64,000 nucleotides of DNA from Armatimonadota bacterium (GCA_041690135.1 JAWLHY010000015.1:64001-128000), one strand, 5' to 3'. Shown: positions 49,014 to 59,749, counted from the stretch's first letter. Numbers and translations: made by a program. The notes: a model not told the origin generated them from the sequence alone.

Positions 49014-49117
49014 CTGTCCGCCCGAACATTTACGCCCCACAGGGATACCTGACCACCCGAACACCTGGCCGCCCGAATGCCTGTCCGCCTGATTGCCCAA
49101 TGCCCAATGCCCCCTCA

Positions 49118-49146
49118 TTGACAGAGAACCGGGCGGGGGTTACAAT
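49118..49146 (+). promoter_or_regulatory. Near-consensus sigma70 promoter
   Basis: TTGACA-17 nt-TACAAT. Confidence 0.8.
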
Positions 49147-49152
49147 GGCCCC

Positions 49153-49305
49153 ACTGGAGCTGCCACTTACGCTTACCGGTCCCCGACCAGGCCAGCGCTC
49201 CACAAGGATTGACGGCCGGGCACGCCATCGACCGCCCCGCGACCATTCACCGTGTAGAAACCGGCGGTTTGGTGGTATTCCGGATTAGGAAGTAGCAGGC
49301 TCTGG
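49153..49305 (+). ncRNA. 6S-RNA-like long irregular hairpin (candidate)
   Basis: Nested end-to-end pairing: GAGC/GCTC, TGC/GCA, ACTT/AAGT, CCGG/CCGG, ACCAGGCC/GGTTTGGT. It lies between a strong promoter and a terminator. Confidence 0.5.
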
Positions 49306-49326
49306 GTCACCGACCCGGGGTCTTTT
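49298..49326 (+). terminator. Intrinsic terminator-like hairpin
   Basis: GGCTCTGGGTC-acc-GACCCGGGGTC-TTTT. Confidence 0.6.
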
Positions 49327-49428
49327 GTCTTAGAATCCGCGGGAGCCGACGAGGCTCCCCGCAACGCCGTCGGGGCCGCCGGCAGACATGCGGCCCGGCG
49401 CCAGGCTAAAATCTGGTCAACACAGGCC

Positions 49429-51072
49429 ATGCCATCCGAATTGACTGCCGGAGAAACCCGGATCACTGATAACCTGGAGCAACTGCTGCAGGTACTGCCG
49501 CCGGACGTCCGTCTGGCGATCCATCAGCGCTTTCGCGAGGAGGAGCTGCTCGAGATCGTGCTCGACCTCGGCCGCTGCCCGGAGGCTCGCTCCGTCCAGG
49601 GCAGCTTCGACCTCACCGAGCGGCTGGTGGACCACAACGACCTGGAATACGTGACGAGCCGGGTGGGGGAGTTCGGCAAAGACAACCGTGCCGGCATCGA
49701 GCGCACCCTGCACCGTATCTCGGCCATCCGGAACCGGACAGGCCGCATTGTCGGGCTCACCTGCCGCATTGGTCGCGCCGTCTTCGGGACGATCGATATC
49801 ATGCGCGACGTGGTGGAGACCGGGAAGAGCATCCTCATCCTGGGCCGTCCCGGCGTCGGGAAGACGACCAAGCTACGTGAGGTCGCCCGGGTCCTCAGCG
49901 AGGAGTTCCAGAAGCGGGTGATCATCGTCGACACCTCCAATGAGATCGCTGGAGACGGCGACATCCCGCATCCGGCCATTGGACGCGCCCGCCGGATGCA
50001 GGTGCCGGAGCCGGCGCTCCAGCACGCGGTGATGATCGAGGCGGTGGAAAACCACATGCCCGAAGTGATCGTCATCGACGAGATCGGCACGGAGCAGGAA
50101 GCTTTCGCCGCCCGCACCATTGCGGAGCGCGGCGTGCAGCTCGTCGGTACGGCGCACGGCAACACACTGGAAAACCTGATGATGAACCCGACCCTGTCGG
50201 ACCTCATCGGCGGCATTCAGCCCGTAACCCTCAGCGACGAGGAAGCCAAGCGCCGCGGCACCCAGAAGACCGTGCTGGAACGCAAGGCGCCGCCTACGTT
50301 CGACGTCATCATCGAGATGATCGACAAGGAGCAGATGGCGGTCCACCACGACGTGGCGAAGACCATCGACAACATGCTCCGGGGCAAACCGCCGCGGCCG
50401 GAGATCCGCGAGCGGAGCTCTGAAGGGAATATCCACGTCATCCAGGTGGCCGACGAGGGTGCGCCCGCCCTGCTGCGACCGGACGGACTGGCCGACCGGG
50501 TGCGCCGCGCCGCGCGCGCCGCCGAAACTTCCGAACGCGGGGAACGCGCCGAGCGCTCGGCCTTCGCCCCCTCCCCGGACGGAGAGGAGGACGAGGAACG
50601 CGAGGCGCGGAAGCTACCGCCGACGGTCCGCATCTTTCCCTACGGGGTGAGCCGTAACCGGCTGGATAAGGCGATCCGGGACCTGCGTGTGCCCGCGACC
50701 CTCACCAAAACCTGGGACCAGGCAGACGTGATCGTCGCGCTGAAGGCGCACTACCGCCGCGAGCCCGGCCGCCTGCGGGACGCGATCGACAACAAGAAGT
50801 CGACGTTCGTGGTCCGGAGTAACACCCAGGTCCAAATCGAGTCGGTGCTGCGGGAAATGTTCGGCCTGGATCAGGAGTCCGAGGAGGCGCTGGCCCTCCG
50901 GGAGGCGGAAGAGGCGGTGGAGCGAGTGCAGGAATCCGGCGAGCCGATCGAGCTGATGCCGCAGACCGCTTACATCCGCCGCCTGCAGCACCAGTTGATT
51001 TCATCCTATAACCTGGTAAGCACCAGCATCGGCACCGAACCGCGCCGACGCATCCGGGTCAGCAAAGACTAG
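49429..51072 (+). CDS. Ycf45/SpoIIIAA-like AAA+ ATPase with C-terminal R3H domain
   Basis: [37 protein letters not shown]. Confidence 0.92.
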   Translation: MPSELTAGETRITDNLEQLLQVLPPDVRLAIHQRFREEELLEIVLDLGRCPEARSVQGSFDLTERLVDHNDLEYVTSRVGEFGKDNRAGIERTLHRISAIRNRTGRIVGLTCRIGRAVFGTIDIMRDVVETGKSILILGRPGVGKTTKLREVARVLSEEFQKRVIIVDTSNEIAGDGDIPHPAIGRARRMQVPEPALQHAVMIEAVENHMPEVIVIDEIGTEQEAFAARTIAERGVQLVGTAHGNTLENLMMNPTLSDLIGGIQPVTLSDEEAKRRGTQKTVLERKAPPTFDVIIEMIDKEQMAVHHDVAKTIDNMLRGKPPRPEIRERSSEGNIHVIQVADEGAPALLRPDGLADRVRRAARAAETSERGERAERSAFAPSPDGEEDEEREARKLPPTVRIFPYGVSRNRLDKAIRDLRVPATLTKTWDQADVIVALKAHYRREPGRLRDAIDNKKSTFVVRSNTQVQIESVLREMFGLDQESEEALALREAEEAVERVQESGEPIELMPQTAYIRRLQHQLISSYNLVSTSIGTEPRRRIRVSKD

Positions 51073-51750
51073 ATGTTCATCACGTTCGAGGGCCCCGAAG
51101 GCGCGGGCAAGTCCACGCAGATCGCCTGTCTCGCGGAATCCCTGCGGGAGATGGGGCGCGAGGTGGTCACGACCCGCGAACCGGGTGGGGTTCCCGCGGC
51201 CGAGCAGATCCGGGAACTGGTACTCCATGGAGACCTGGGCCCGGAAACGGAGGCCCTTCTGTTCCTGGCGGCCCGGGCAGAACACGCCCGGGTCGTTCTG
51301 CGTCCCGCCCTGGAACGGGGCGCGGTCGTCCTCTGCGATCGTTTCAATGATTCCACCCTGGCCTACCAGGGCTATGGCCTGGGGCTGGACGTGGAAACAC
51401 TGCGCTCCCTCTGCCGGTTCGCCTCCACCGGGCTGGTTCCCGATCTCACGCTCCTGCTCGATCTCCCCCCAGAAGTCGGCCTCCGGCGCCGGATGCCCGC
51501 CGGAACCCGGGCCGCCGAACAGCTCCACCTGGAGATCGACCTGGGCGACTCGGGAGCAGAAGCCCCTCCGCAGGCCATCAACAAGATGGAGAACCGGGCG
51601 CTCGATTTCCACCGTCGGGTGCGCGATGGCTTTCTCAAAGAGGCCGAACGCGATCCGCGGCGAATATCTATAGTGGATGCTTCCCGGTCGATCCGGCAAG
51701 TTCAACGAGACATCTGGAAACAGGTCTCACAAAGGATGAAGGCGGAATGA
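51073..51750 (+). CDS. tmk: Thymidylate kinase
   Basis: FITFEGPEGAGKST, TREPGG, LCDRFNDSTLAYQG. Confidence 0.95.
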   Translation: MFITFEGPEGAGKSTQIACLAESLREMGREVVTTREPGGVPAAEQIRELVLHGDLGPETEALLFLAARAEHARVVLRPALERGAVVLCDRFNDSTLAYQGYGLGLDVETLRSLCRFASTGLVPDLTLLLDLPPEVGLRRRMPAGTRAAEQLHLEIDLGDSGAEAPPQAINKMENRALDFHRRVRDGFLKEAERDPRRISIVDASRSIRQVQRDIWKQVSQRMKAE

Positions 51751-52076
51751 AATTAGTTGTTGCAGTCATTCACGACCGCGACCAAAAACGGACCCGCGAC
51801 GCACTGCTGAAGGCCGGGTTCAAGTTCACCACCATCGCCAGTACCGGCGGGTTCTTGCGGGAAGGGAATGTGACGATACTCATCGGATCGGAGGAGGACG
51901 AAGTCGACCGCCTCATCTCGCTCCTCGGAGAGTCGTCCCGCACCCGCGAGCAGTACGTCAACGTCCTTCCCCCGGAGGCCACTCCCGTCGGCACATTCCT
52001 GACCAGCCCGGTCAAGGTGCAGGTAGGCGGAGCCATTGCGTTCGTGCTCGACGTCGAGCGGTTCGAGCGGTTCTGA
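51747..52076 (+). CDS. darA: PII-like cyclic-di-AMP receptor (DarA/PstA/YaaQ)
   Basis: MKLVVAVIHDRD, ASTGGFLREGN, VGGA; conserved tmk-yaaQ-holB context. Confidence 0.9.
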   Translation: MKLVVAVIHDRDQKRTRDALLKAGFKFTTIASTGGFLREGNVTILIGSEEDEVDRLISLLGESSRTREQYVNVLPPEATPVGTFLTSPVKVQVGGAIAFVLDVERFERF

Positions 52077-52083
52077 GCGCCTC

Positions 52084-53193
52084 GTGGGAGCACTCATCGG
52101 ACAGAACAAGGCCGAAACCATGCTGGCCCGGGCGGTAGCCCACAACCGGGTGGGACACGCCTACCTGTTTCTGGGGCCCGCCGGATCCGGAAAGTCTACC
52201 GCCGCGCGCCTCTTCGCCCAGGCGATGAACTGCGAGCAGCAGCCGGCCGCAAAAGCTCTCGGAGAAGAGGGGGCCGCGGGATGGAAGCTCGCCCCCTGTG
52301 GCCGCTGCCAGAGTTGCACGCGGATCGCGGCGGATACGCACCCGGAGGTGCTGGAGGTCCACCCCGGTAGCAAGACCGGCCAGAACATCACCGTCGAGCA
52401 GGCCCGGGAAATCCGGAAGAACGCGGCGCTGCGACCCAAGCTGGGGAACCGGCGCGTCTACCTGATCCCGCGTGCCGAAGCGTTCAACGACGAATCGGCC
52501 AACGCCCTGTTGAAGACACTCGAAGAGCCCTCCTCGTCGGTGACGTTGATCCTTTGCGCGCCTAACCCGAGCCAGGTCCTGCCGACCATCCGCTCCCGCT
52601 GTCAGCTCGTCCGGTTCGGCGTCGCGCCCGCGGAGGAGATCGAGGTGGCCCTGACCACCGGCGGCACTACCCCCGAGATCGCGCGGGCCCTGGCGCGCGC
52701 CTGCGGAGGGAGGCCGGGGCTCGCCTTCACCTGGGCGCGCGATCCCGCCGTGCTGAAGCAGCGCCGACAGGTTCTCGACCTCTTCGCGAAAGCCATGGCC
52801 CTGCAGCGGGACGCCCGGCGCGACCCCGCAGTGGGAGCCGTCTCCCTCCGCCTGGCGGAGCAGCTCCGCGGGCTGGTCGGCAGCGGTAAGGACGAGGACG
52901 CCGGCGATGCTCGTCCCGCCAAGGTGCAGCACAGCGACAACCTGACCATCGGCCTCACCTACCTGCGCGACCTGCTGCTCCTGGCGCAGGGGTCCGCGCC
53001 GGAGCTCGTGCAGAACCAGGACCGCCTCCCCGAACTGCAGGACCACATCCGTTTTGCCGGCGCGGCGCGCCTGCTGCAGGACGTGGATACCGTCCGCGAG
53101 GCCCAGCAACTGCTCGACCGCAACGTCCAGCCCCAACTCGTGTTGGAGCGGATGTTCTGGGCCCTCATCTCCGGTCCGGTGAGTACTCGTTGA
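52084..53193 (+). CDS. holB: DNA polymerase III delta' subunit
   Basis: HAYLFLGPAGSGK, CGRCQSC, ANALLKTLEEP, TIRSRC. Start uncertain. Confidence 0.93.
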   Translation: MGALIGQNKAETMLARAVAHNRVGHAYLFLGPAGSGKSTAARLFAQAMNCEQQPAAKALGEEGAAGWKLAPCGRCQSCTRIAADTHPEVLEVHPGSKTGQNITVEQAREIRKNAALRPKLGNRRVYLIPRAEAFNDESANALLKTLEEPSSSVTLILCAPNPSQVLPTIRSRCQLVRFGVAPAEEIEVALTTGGTTPEIARALARACGGRPGLAFTWARDPAVLKQRRQVLDLFAKAMALQRDARRDPAVGAVSLRLAEQLRGLVGSGKDEDAGDARPAKVQHSDNLTIGLTYLRDLLLLAQGSAPELVQNQDRLPELQDHIRFAGAARLLQDVDTVREAQQLLDRNVQPQLVLERMFWALISGPVSTR

Positions 53194-53267
53194 AGGGTAC
53201 CGACCCTGCTGTATAATTGGGACAACCGAACGGTGCCGTCATCCGACGCACGCCAGGCGTCTCCACC

Positions 53268-54098
53268 ATGATCAGCAAATCGAACACGAACCCTACCACC
53301 ACCGCGGCGCCGCTGGACACGCTGACCGAAGGCAAGCCGTGCCCGCAATGCCGGACCGTGATCCCACACGATGGCTGCTGGTGTCCCAGTTGCGGCCTGC
53401 AGGCCTCCGATCCTTGTTGGGAGTGCGGAAAGCCGCTCTTCACGGGAGCCCGGTTCTGTGCTTACTGCGGCACGGCCACCACGGAGCCGGCCCTGGCGTC
53501 CTGCCCCAACTGCAAGGCGGTCGTGGCGCGCGGCCACGTCTTCTGCTCCAACTGCGGCGACCAGGTCCGTATCGCCTGCGCCGACTGCGAGCGACCCCTG
53601 CGCCGGGAGTGGGTGCAGTGCCCGTATTGCGGCGGCGAGCGCACCTCCATGCTGGGGCAAGGGGAAGACCAGACTGAGAGCGCCGTCTCCATCGAAGTGG
53701 AGGACCGCCCCCTCGAAGTTCGGCGGCCGGGACAGCGGAACGGAGAAGAACTGAATGCGGCTGGTGCGCGGGCTTACGAGGCCGGCAATTACCAGGAAGC
53801 CATTCGGCTTTTCCGCCAGGCGACCGAAGCCGAACCGGAGAATGCCCGTTATTTTACTAACCTCGGCGTAGCCTATGGAGAAGAGGGTGACTACAAACGG
53901 GCCCTCGCCGCCTACCGCCGGGCGACCGAACTCGACCCGCGAGAGCTTCCCGCTTACCTTAATATGGGTTACCTGTATAATGAGCAAGAGCGGACCCCGG
54001 AAGCGCGCGAGATGTGGGAGCAGGTGATCGCGCTGGCTCCCGACAGCGACGAGGCCGCCGAGGCGCGTACGAACCTGGAGAATCTGGAGGAAGTTTGA
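53268..54098 (+). CDS. Double zinc ribbon + TPR protein
   Basis: Eight CxxC pairs followed by TPR-like helices (YQEAIRLFRQA, NLGVAY, AYLNMG). Confidence 0.85.
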   Translation: MISKSNTNPTTTAAPLDTLTEGKPCPQCRTVIPHDGCWCPSCGLQASDPCWECGKPLFTGARFCAYCGTATTEPALASCPNCKAVVARGHVFCSNCGDQVRIACADCERPLRREWVQCPYCGGERTSMLGQGEDQTESAVSIEVEDRPLEVRRPGQRNGEELNAAGARAYEAGNYQEAIRLFRQATEAEPENARYFTNLGVAYGEEGDYKRALAAYRRATELDPRELPAYLNMGYLYNEQERTPEAREMWEQVIALAPDSDEAAEARTNLENLEEV

Positions 54099-54102
54099 GG
54101 CC

Positions 54103-54483
54103 ATGCCTGACCCCACTGAAATCGGCGAGAAAGCGTTCTCGGCAGCCCAGGACCTGATCCGCAAAGGTCAGGAGGTTGCCAAGCGCGAGACACGCGTCAT
54201 CCGCCTGCAGACCCAGATCTCCAAGCTCCGCAGCGAGCGCCAGCAACTCTTCTATCAGATGGGCCAGAAGGTCTACAGCCTCTTCGAGCGCGATCTGGTG
54301 AAGAACCAGGACCTCCGGATGATGTGCCAGCAGATCAAGGGGCTGGAATCGGAGATTGAGGTGCGCCGGGAAGAGATCGAGCAACTCCGCCGCCCCGAAA
54401 CCCGCGGCGAGCAGGGCGTCGACGACGACCCCACCCCCACCACTGACCTCGTCGAATACGACGACGAAATCATCCGCGACTGA
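54103..54483 (+). CDS. Hypothetical coiled-coil protein
   Basis: GAGG SD; heptad-rich RLQTQISKL...MGQKVY. Confidence 0.8.
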   Translation: MPDPTEIGEKAFSAAQDLIRKGQEVAKRETRVIRLQTQISKLRSERQQLFYQMGQKVYSLFERDLVKNQDLRMMCQQIKGLESEIEVRREEIEQLRRPETRGEQGVDDDPTPTTDLVEYDDEIIRD

Positions 54484-54498
54484 TCGGGCCTCATCTCT

Positions 54499-54729
54499 CG
54501 ACACAGAGGGACACAGAAGAGACAGACGAACACAGAAAAGACGGAATTGGATTTGCGGCGCCTGCTGCGGGCACGGCTAGTATCGAGCGAATTGCATCCC
54601 CGCGAAGTCGGGCCGCCACCCAAGAGCCAATGGTTGATTTCTCCTGGCCAGGCATCCAATGGACCCTCCCGAGTTCCACTTGTCTTCTGTGTTTTCCCTT
54701 CTGTTCCCTTCTGTGTCCCTCTGTGTCGA
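54499..54729. repeat. GACACAGAGGGACACAGA inverted-pair element, copy 1
   Basis: Motif at 54500 and its reverse complement at 54710, between convergent genes. Confidence 0.85.
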
Positions 54730-54751
54730 AAGCTCCCCGCGCGCACCGTGT

Positions 54752-56128
54752 CTAAACCGAAACGCCTTCGAGGACTTCCACCGCCAGGGCGAGTTGCTTG
54801 CGAACCTCGTCGGGAGCGGTGCCGCCCGGGGAGCGGCGGGCGCGGACGCTGGCGTCCACGGAGGTGATGTCCTGCGGGGCATGCGCGAACTCCGCGTGGA
54901 ACGGCTCCAACTCGGCGGCGGAGAGGGACTCCAGCACCCGGTCGTGCATCTCGCACCAGCGGACCACCTGTCCCACCACTTCGTGTGCTTCCCGGAAGGG
55001 AACGCCGCGCTGCGCCAGGAAATCGGCCAGGTCAGTCGCCGTGGAGAAGTCTCCCTGCGTGTCGCCGCGCATGCGGTCGGTGCGGAACCGGCAGTTCCGG
55101 AAGAGCAGGGTCATGGCCCCGAGGCAGCCGCCCACGGTGTCGATGCTGTCGAAGATCCGCTCCTTGTCTTCCTGCATGTCGCTGTTGTAGGCGAGCGGCA
55201 GACCCTTCATCGTCACGAGGAGGCTCTGCAGGTTTCCCAGCACCCGGCCGCTCTTCCCACGGACCAGCTCGGCCACGTCCGGGTTCTTCTTCTGCGGCAT
55301 GATCGAACTGCCCGTGGCGATGCTGTCATCCAGCTCGATGAAGCCGAACTCGCGCGTGTTCCAGAGGACAACCTCCTCGGCCAGCCGGGAGAGATGGACA
55401 GCCACCAGCGCCAGCGCGGCGTTCAGCTCCACCACGAAGTCGCGGTCGGAGACGTTGTCCAGGCTGTTCTGCCCCACGCCGTCGAAGCCCAGCTCGTTGG
55501 CCACAAAAGCCCGGTCGAGCGGGTAGGGGGATCCCGCCAGCGCTCCGGCGCCCAGCGGCAGGATGTTAGCGCGCTTTCGCCAGTCCGCCAGCCGGCCCCG
55601 GTCCCGCTGGAACATCCAGAAGTACGCCAGCAGATGGTGCGCCAGCACGACCGGCTGCGCGTGCTGCATGTGGGTGTAGCCGGGCAGCACCGTCTCCGCG
55701 TGCTGGGAGGCGTGCTCCACCAGCACCCGCTGGAGGTCGGCCAGTTGTTGGTCCAGGGAGTCTGCCGCTTCCCGCAGGTAAAGGCGGGTGTCGGTGGCCA
55801 CCTGATCGTTGCGGCTCCGGGCGGTGTGTAGCTTGCCGGCCACGGGGCCGATCTTCTCGCGGAGGTGTCCCTCCACCCAGCCGTGGATATCCTCGGCGCC
55901 TTCCAGGCGACCGGCGGTTTGGATCTCCGCCAGCACCTGCCGGAGGCCCGCCTCGATCTGCGCGCCCTCCTCCGGGGAAATGATTCCGGTGTGCGCCAGC
56001 ATGCGGCAGTGCGCGATGCTGCCGCGGATATCCTGTTCCGCCATCCGCTGATCGAACGGCAGCGAGTGCGTAAAGGCGGCGATGGCCGCGTTCGGCTCCT
56101 TCTCGAACCGTCCGCCCCAGAGCTTCAT
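54752..56128 (-). CDS. argH: Argininosuccinate lyase
   Basis: MKLWGGRF, HTARSRNDQV, GSSIMPQKKNPD. Confidence 0.97.
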   Translation of the reverse strand: MKLWGGRFEKEPNAAIAAFTHSLPFDQRMAEQDIRGSIAHCRMLAHTGIISPEEGAQIEAGLRQVLAEIQTAGRLEGAEDIHGWVEGHLREKIGPVAGKLHTARSRNDQVATDTRLYLREAADSLDQQLADLQRVLVEHASQHAETVLPGYTHMQHAQPVVLAHHLLAYFWMFQRDRGRLADWRKRANILPLGAGALAGSPYPLDRAFVANELGFDGVGQNSLDNVSDRDFVVELNAALALVAVHLSRLAEEVVLWNTREFGFIELDDSIATGSSIMPQKKNPDVAELVRGKSGRVLGNLQSLLVTMKGLPLAYNSDMQEDKERIFDSIDTVGGCLGAMTLLFRNCRFRTDRMRGDTQGDFSTATDLADFLAQRGVPFREAHEVVGQVVRWCEMHDRVLESLSAAELEPFHAEFAHAPQDITSVDASVRARRSPGGTAPDEVRKQLALAVEVLEGVSV

Positions 56129-56748
56129 TCGAGTCCCTCTCCCATCAAATGCGCGACGGCCCGAGCGAGCGGGTCGTCCTCTGCTTCGAGCGCCTTCACC
56201 ACCCCCGTGCGGTCCTCCGCGGAGCGGTTCTGGCCCAGTTTGAACTTGCCCTCGAGCCGCGTGATCTCGATCTCGAAGGCGACGATTCCGTTCAACAAAC
56301 GGCGCACGAAGTCGGCCGGCAGGCGCCCCGTAAACCAGGGCCGTTGGAAGCCGCCTTCATACGTTGCCGTCAAGCGCTCCAAAACCTGCAGCGCCCGCTC
56401 GGGCTCCGTCAGCACCTTCGGCTGGCCGTAAGCGTGCACCGCCACGTAGTTCCAGGTCGGCACGCTCAGCTCCGTCCGGTACCACGTCGGCGAGATGTAC
56501 GCGTGCGGCCCCTGAAACACGACCAGCGCCTCCCCTTCGTCGCCGAATGCCCGCCACTGCGGGTTTGCCCGCGCCATGTGGCACAGCAACGTTCCATACG
56601 GGCCTCGCTCCGGGTCCAGCAGGAAGGGGAGGTGGCTCGCCTGCAGTCCCTCGCTACCCTGGGTCACCAGGGTAGCGAAGCTGTACTGCCGCATCACCGT
56701 GTGCAGGCGGTGCAAGTCGTCTTCCGCGAAGGCCGGCGGAATGTACAT
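56125..56748 (-). CDS. PaiB-like FMN-binding protein
   Basis: MYIPPAF, HMARANPQW, GPHAYISPTWY, VPTWNY, KFKLGQNR. Confidence 0.9.
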   Translation of the reverse strand: MYIPPAFAEDDLHRLHTVMRQYSFATLVTQGSEGLQASHLPFLLDPERGPYGTLLCHMARANPQWRAFGDEGEALVVFQGPHAYISPTWYRTELSVPTWNYVAVHAYGQPKVLTEPERALQVLERLTATYEGGFQRPWFTGRLPADFVRRLLNGIVAFEIEITRLEGKFKLGQNRSAEDRTGVVKALEAEDDPLARAVAHLMGEGLE

Positions 56749-57954
56749 CTACTCGGTCTTCTGGCCCCGGAGCCGGTTAACTTTCATCGGCAGGCCGAAC
56801 AGGTCGATGAAGCCGCGAGCGGCCGTCACGTCGTAATCGCCCATCGCAAAGCTGGCAAGTTCCGGATCGTACAGGCTCGTGTCGCTGGTCACGCCCGCGG
56901 TGGCGGCGCGCCCCTTGAACAGCTTCACCTTCACCGTTCCGCTCACCACGCGCTGCGTCTGGTCGACGAATGCCTGCAGCGCTTCCCGCAGCGGGTGGAA
57001 CCACTGCCCGTAATAGGTGAGGTCCGCATACTTCAGCGCCACCTGCTGCTTGAAGTGGTAGGTGTCCCGCTCCAGGCAGAGCTGCTCCAGCGCCTTGTGA
57101 GCTTCATACAGGATCGTTCCACCCGGCGTCTCGTAGGCGCCGCGGGATTTCATCCCCACCAGCCGGTTCTCGACCAACTGCGTCTGCCCGACCGCGTGGC
57201 GGCCGCCCAGCTCGTTCAGTAGCGCGATCAGCTCGTGGCCCGCCAGCGCCTGGCCGTTCACCGCCACGGGGTTGCCCTGCTCGAAGCGGATTTCCACATA
57301 TTCCGGTTCGTCCGGCGCCTGGGAAACCGGCACGCTCATCACCCACAGCGGGTCTTGCGGCTCGTTGGCGGGGTCTTCCAGGTCCGCGCCCTCATGGCTG
57401 ATGTGCCACAGGTTGCGGTCACGGCTATAGATCTTTGCCTTGGTCTGGTCGATCGGCACGCCCTTTTCGATGGCGTAGTCGATCGCCGACTCGCGGTCGG
57501 TGAGCTCGAAGGTGGGGTCCTTCCAGGGCGCCACGATCTTCAGCGACGGGTCGAGCGCCATGTAGGTCAGCTCGAACCGCACCTGGTCGTTGCCCTTGCC
57601 CGTCGCGCCGTGCCCCACGGCATCCGCGCCCGTCGCATGGGCCACTTCCACCTGATGCTTCGCGATGATCGGCCGGGCGATACTGGTGCCGAGCAGGTAG
57701 TCCTCTTCATAAATCGCGTGCGCGCGGAGCATCGGGAAGCAGTACTCCTCCGCGAACTCCTGGCGCAGGTCCCGAACCACCACCTCATCCGCGCCGCTCT
57801 TGTACGCCTTCTCCTCGATGTTCTTGAGCTCGTCGCCCTGCCCGAGCTCCGCCGCAAACGCCACCAACTTCACGCCCGGGTAGCGATCCTTCAACCAGGG
57901 GAGGATCACGCTCGTATCCAACCCCCCGCTATATGCCAGTACGATCTTTTTCAT
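56749..57954 (-). CDS. argG: Argininosuccinate synthase
   Basis: LAYSGGLDTS, HGATGKGNDQVRFE, ENRLVGMKSRG. Confidence 0.97.
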   Translation of the reverse strand: MKKIVLAYSGGLDTSVILPWLKDRYPGVKLVAFAAELGQGDELKNIEEKAYKSGADEVVVRDLRQEFAEEYCFPMLRAHAIYEEDYLLGTSIARPIIAKHQVEVAHATGADAVGHGATGKGNDQVRFELTYMALDPSLKIVAPWKDPTFELTDRESAIDYAIEKGVPIDQTKAKIYSRDRNLWHISHEGADLEDPANEPQDPLWVMSVPVSQAPDEPEYVEIRFEQGNPVAVNGQALAGHELIALLNELGGRHAVGQTQLVENRLVGMKSRGAYETPGGTILYEAHKALEQLCLERDTYHFKQQVALKYADLTYYGQWFHPLREALQAFVDQTQRVVSGTVKVKLFKGRAATAGVTSDTSLYDPELASFAMGDYDVTAARGFIDLFGLPMKVNRLRGQKTE

Positions 57955-57970
57955 TGCTTTGCCTTTCCTT

Positions 57971-58049
57971 TCGACACAGAGGGACACAGAGAAGACAAGA
58001 AGGAACACAGAATGAATTGTTCTGTCTGTCCCAGGTGGCTCTGTGTCAA
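57971..58049. repeat. GACACAGAG inverted-pair element, copy 2
   Basis: TCGACACAGAGGGACACAGA...CTCTGTGTCAA. Confidence 0.8.
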
Positions 58050-58447
58050 AAACCCTTACCCTTGCGGTCATTCGTGAAGATGCGCCGCCGGATCTGTAGC
58101 TCCGGACCGAAGTTGAACAGGAGCCCGACTTCTATGCGTGTCGCTCGCAGGTAGTTCACCAATTGCACTTCGTGGATGATGGCCAGCGCCTCGATGGCCT
58201 TCAACTCGACAATCACCGCAGCTTCCACCAGCACATCTGCCTCATAGACCCCTACCAACTCGCCCAGATAGTAGACTTCGATCGGCACACTCGTTTCCGC
58301 CGAAAGCCCCATCCTTCGCAGTTCCACCACCAGCGCGTTCTGGTACACCTTTTCGAGGAAGCCCTGCCCCAGCACCCGGTAGACCCGCTTCGCTGCCCCA
58401 ATGATCTTGTGAGTCAGGTCAGCGTGTAGCCCCTCCCGTTCCAACAT
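58046..58447 (-). CDS. GxxExxY protein (PD-(D/E)XK-like)
   Basis: GQGFLEKVYQNAL, ADVLVE, VELKA, QLVNYL, GLLFNFG. Confidence 0.92.
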   Translation of the reverse strand: MLEREGLHADLTHKIIGAAKRVYRVLGQGFLEKVYQNALVVELRRMGLSAETSVPIEVYYLGELVGVYEADVLVEAAVIVELKAIEALAIIHEVQLVNYLRATRIEVGLLFNFGPELQIRRRIFTNDRKGKGF

Positions 58448-58500
58448 AGGCACCTCCTCCCACTGCGCCACTCTGCATTGAACTCATGCGAGGTGATTCC

Positions 58501-58644
58501 TGACACAGCGGGACACAAAGTTCACGAGAAAGGCCGCGATGACATCTTGTCGAATTGCCCTGCACTCCTGACACGATACCAATGGAATCAGCCCTTCCAT
58601 TCTTCCGTGTCCCTTCTTGTCCCTTCTGTGTCCCTCTGTGTCAA
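58501..58644. repeat. GACACAGAG inverted-pair element, copy 3
   Basis: TGACACAGCGGGACACA...TCTGTGTCCCTCTGTGTCAA. Confidence 0.8.
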
Positions 58645-58657
58645 AAGTCGAACGCCG

Positions 58658-59710
58658 TCAGGACAAGAGGACCGCAAGCACAGCTTTTTGCGCGTGGAGG
58701 CGGTTCTCGGCCTGGTCGAAGACGCGGCTGTGGGGGCTGTCGATGACCTCGCCGGAGACCTCCTCTCCACGGTGGGCGGGGAGGCAATGGAGGAACAGGT
58801 AGTCCGGCTTTGCCGCCGCGACAAGCGCCTCATTCACCTGGTAGGGAGCGAAGATCTTCGCGCGCTCAGCGGCCTCGGCTTCCTGGCCCATGCTCGCCCA
58901 CACATCGGTATAGATCACGTCGGCGTCCCGGCAAGCCGCGCGCGGGTCGTGCGTCACCGTGGCGGAGCCGCCGGTCGCCTCCGCATCCTGGCGGGCCATC
59001 GCCACGATCTCCGGCTTCGGCTCGTAACCCGGCGGGCAGGCCACCACCACGTGCGCGCCCAGCTTGGCGCCCAACAGCATCAAGGAGTGGGCTACGTTGT
59101 TCCCATCGCCCACGTACACCACCTTCTGCCCCGCAATTCCGCCGCGGACCTCCCAGATCGTCTGGAAGTCCGACAGTGCCTGGCAGGGGTGTTCCAGGTC
59201 GCACAGCCCGTTGATCACCGGGATCGAAGCGTGCCGGGCGAGTTCCTGGATGGTGGCGTGGGCAAAGACCCGCGCCATGATCCCGTCCGTCATCCGGGAG
59301 AGGTTGCACGCCACGTCGCCGACGGATTCCCGCTTGCCGAGGGAGATATCGGAGGGATTGAGGTAGATCGCATGGCCGCCGAAGTCCACCATCCCCGCCT
59401 CGAAGCTGACGCGCGTCCGCAGGGACGGCTTCTCGAAGATCATTGCCAGCTTCCGCTGGGGCAGGAAACGCGCGTGCGCCGTCTTGTCGGCTTTGATCGT
59501 CGCCTTCAACACCCGCGCCAGGCTCACCAGCGCCCAGGCCTGCTCCACCCCCAGGTCGGGAATACAGCGCAAATGCTTCAGATCCCCACAAATCTCCCGA
59601 GCCGCCTCCAGCGCCTTCCGCGCCGCCGCCTCCGGAGACCCGTCCGCCCCGGCCTCAAACCCCGCCGCGGCCGTCTCCCGCAGACCATTCAGCACACTAC
59701 TATCTCCCAT
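58658..59710 (-). CDS. argF: Ornithine carbamoyltransferase
   Basis: FEKPSLRTR, HPCQAL, DGNNVA, DVWASMGQE, HCLP all intact. Confidence 0.95.
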   Translation of the reverse strand: MGDSSVLNGLRETAAAGFEAGADGSPEAAARKALEAAREICGDLKHLRCIPDLGVEQAWALVSLARVLKATIKADKTAHARFLPQRKLAMIFEKPSLRTRVSFEAGMVDFGGHAIYLNPSDISLGKRESVGDVACNLSRMTDGIMARVFAHATIQELARHASIPVINGLCDLEHPCQALSDFQTIWEVRGGIAGQKVVYVGDGNNVAHSLMLLGAKLGAHVVVACPPGYEPKPEIVAMARQDAEATGGSATVTHDPRAACRDADVIYTDVWASMGQEAEAAERAKIFAPYQVNEALVAAAKPDYLFLHCLPAHRGEEVSGEVIDSPHSRVFDQAENRLHAQKAVLAVLLS

Positions 59711-59749
59711 CGCTTCACTCCCTACACTTACACATCCACTTCGAAGCTT

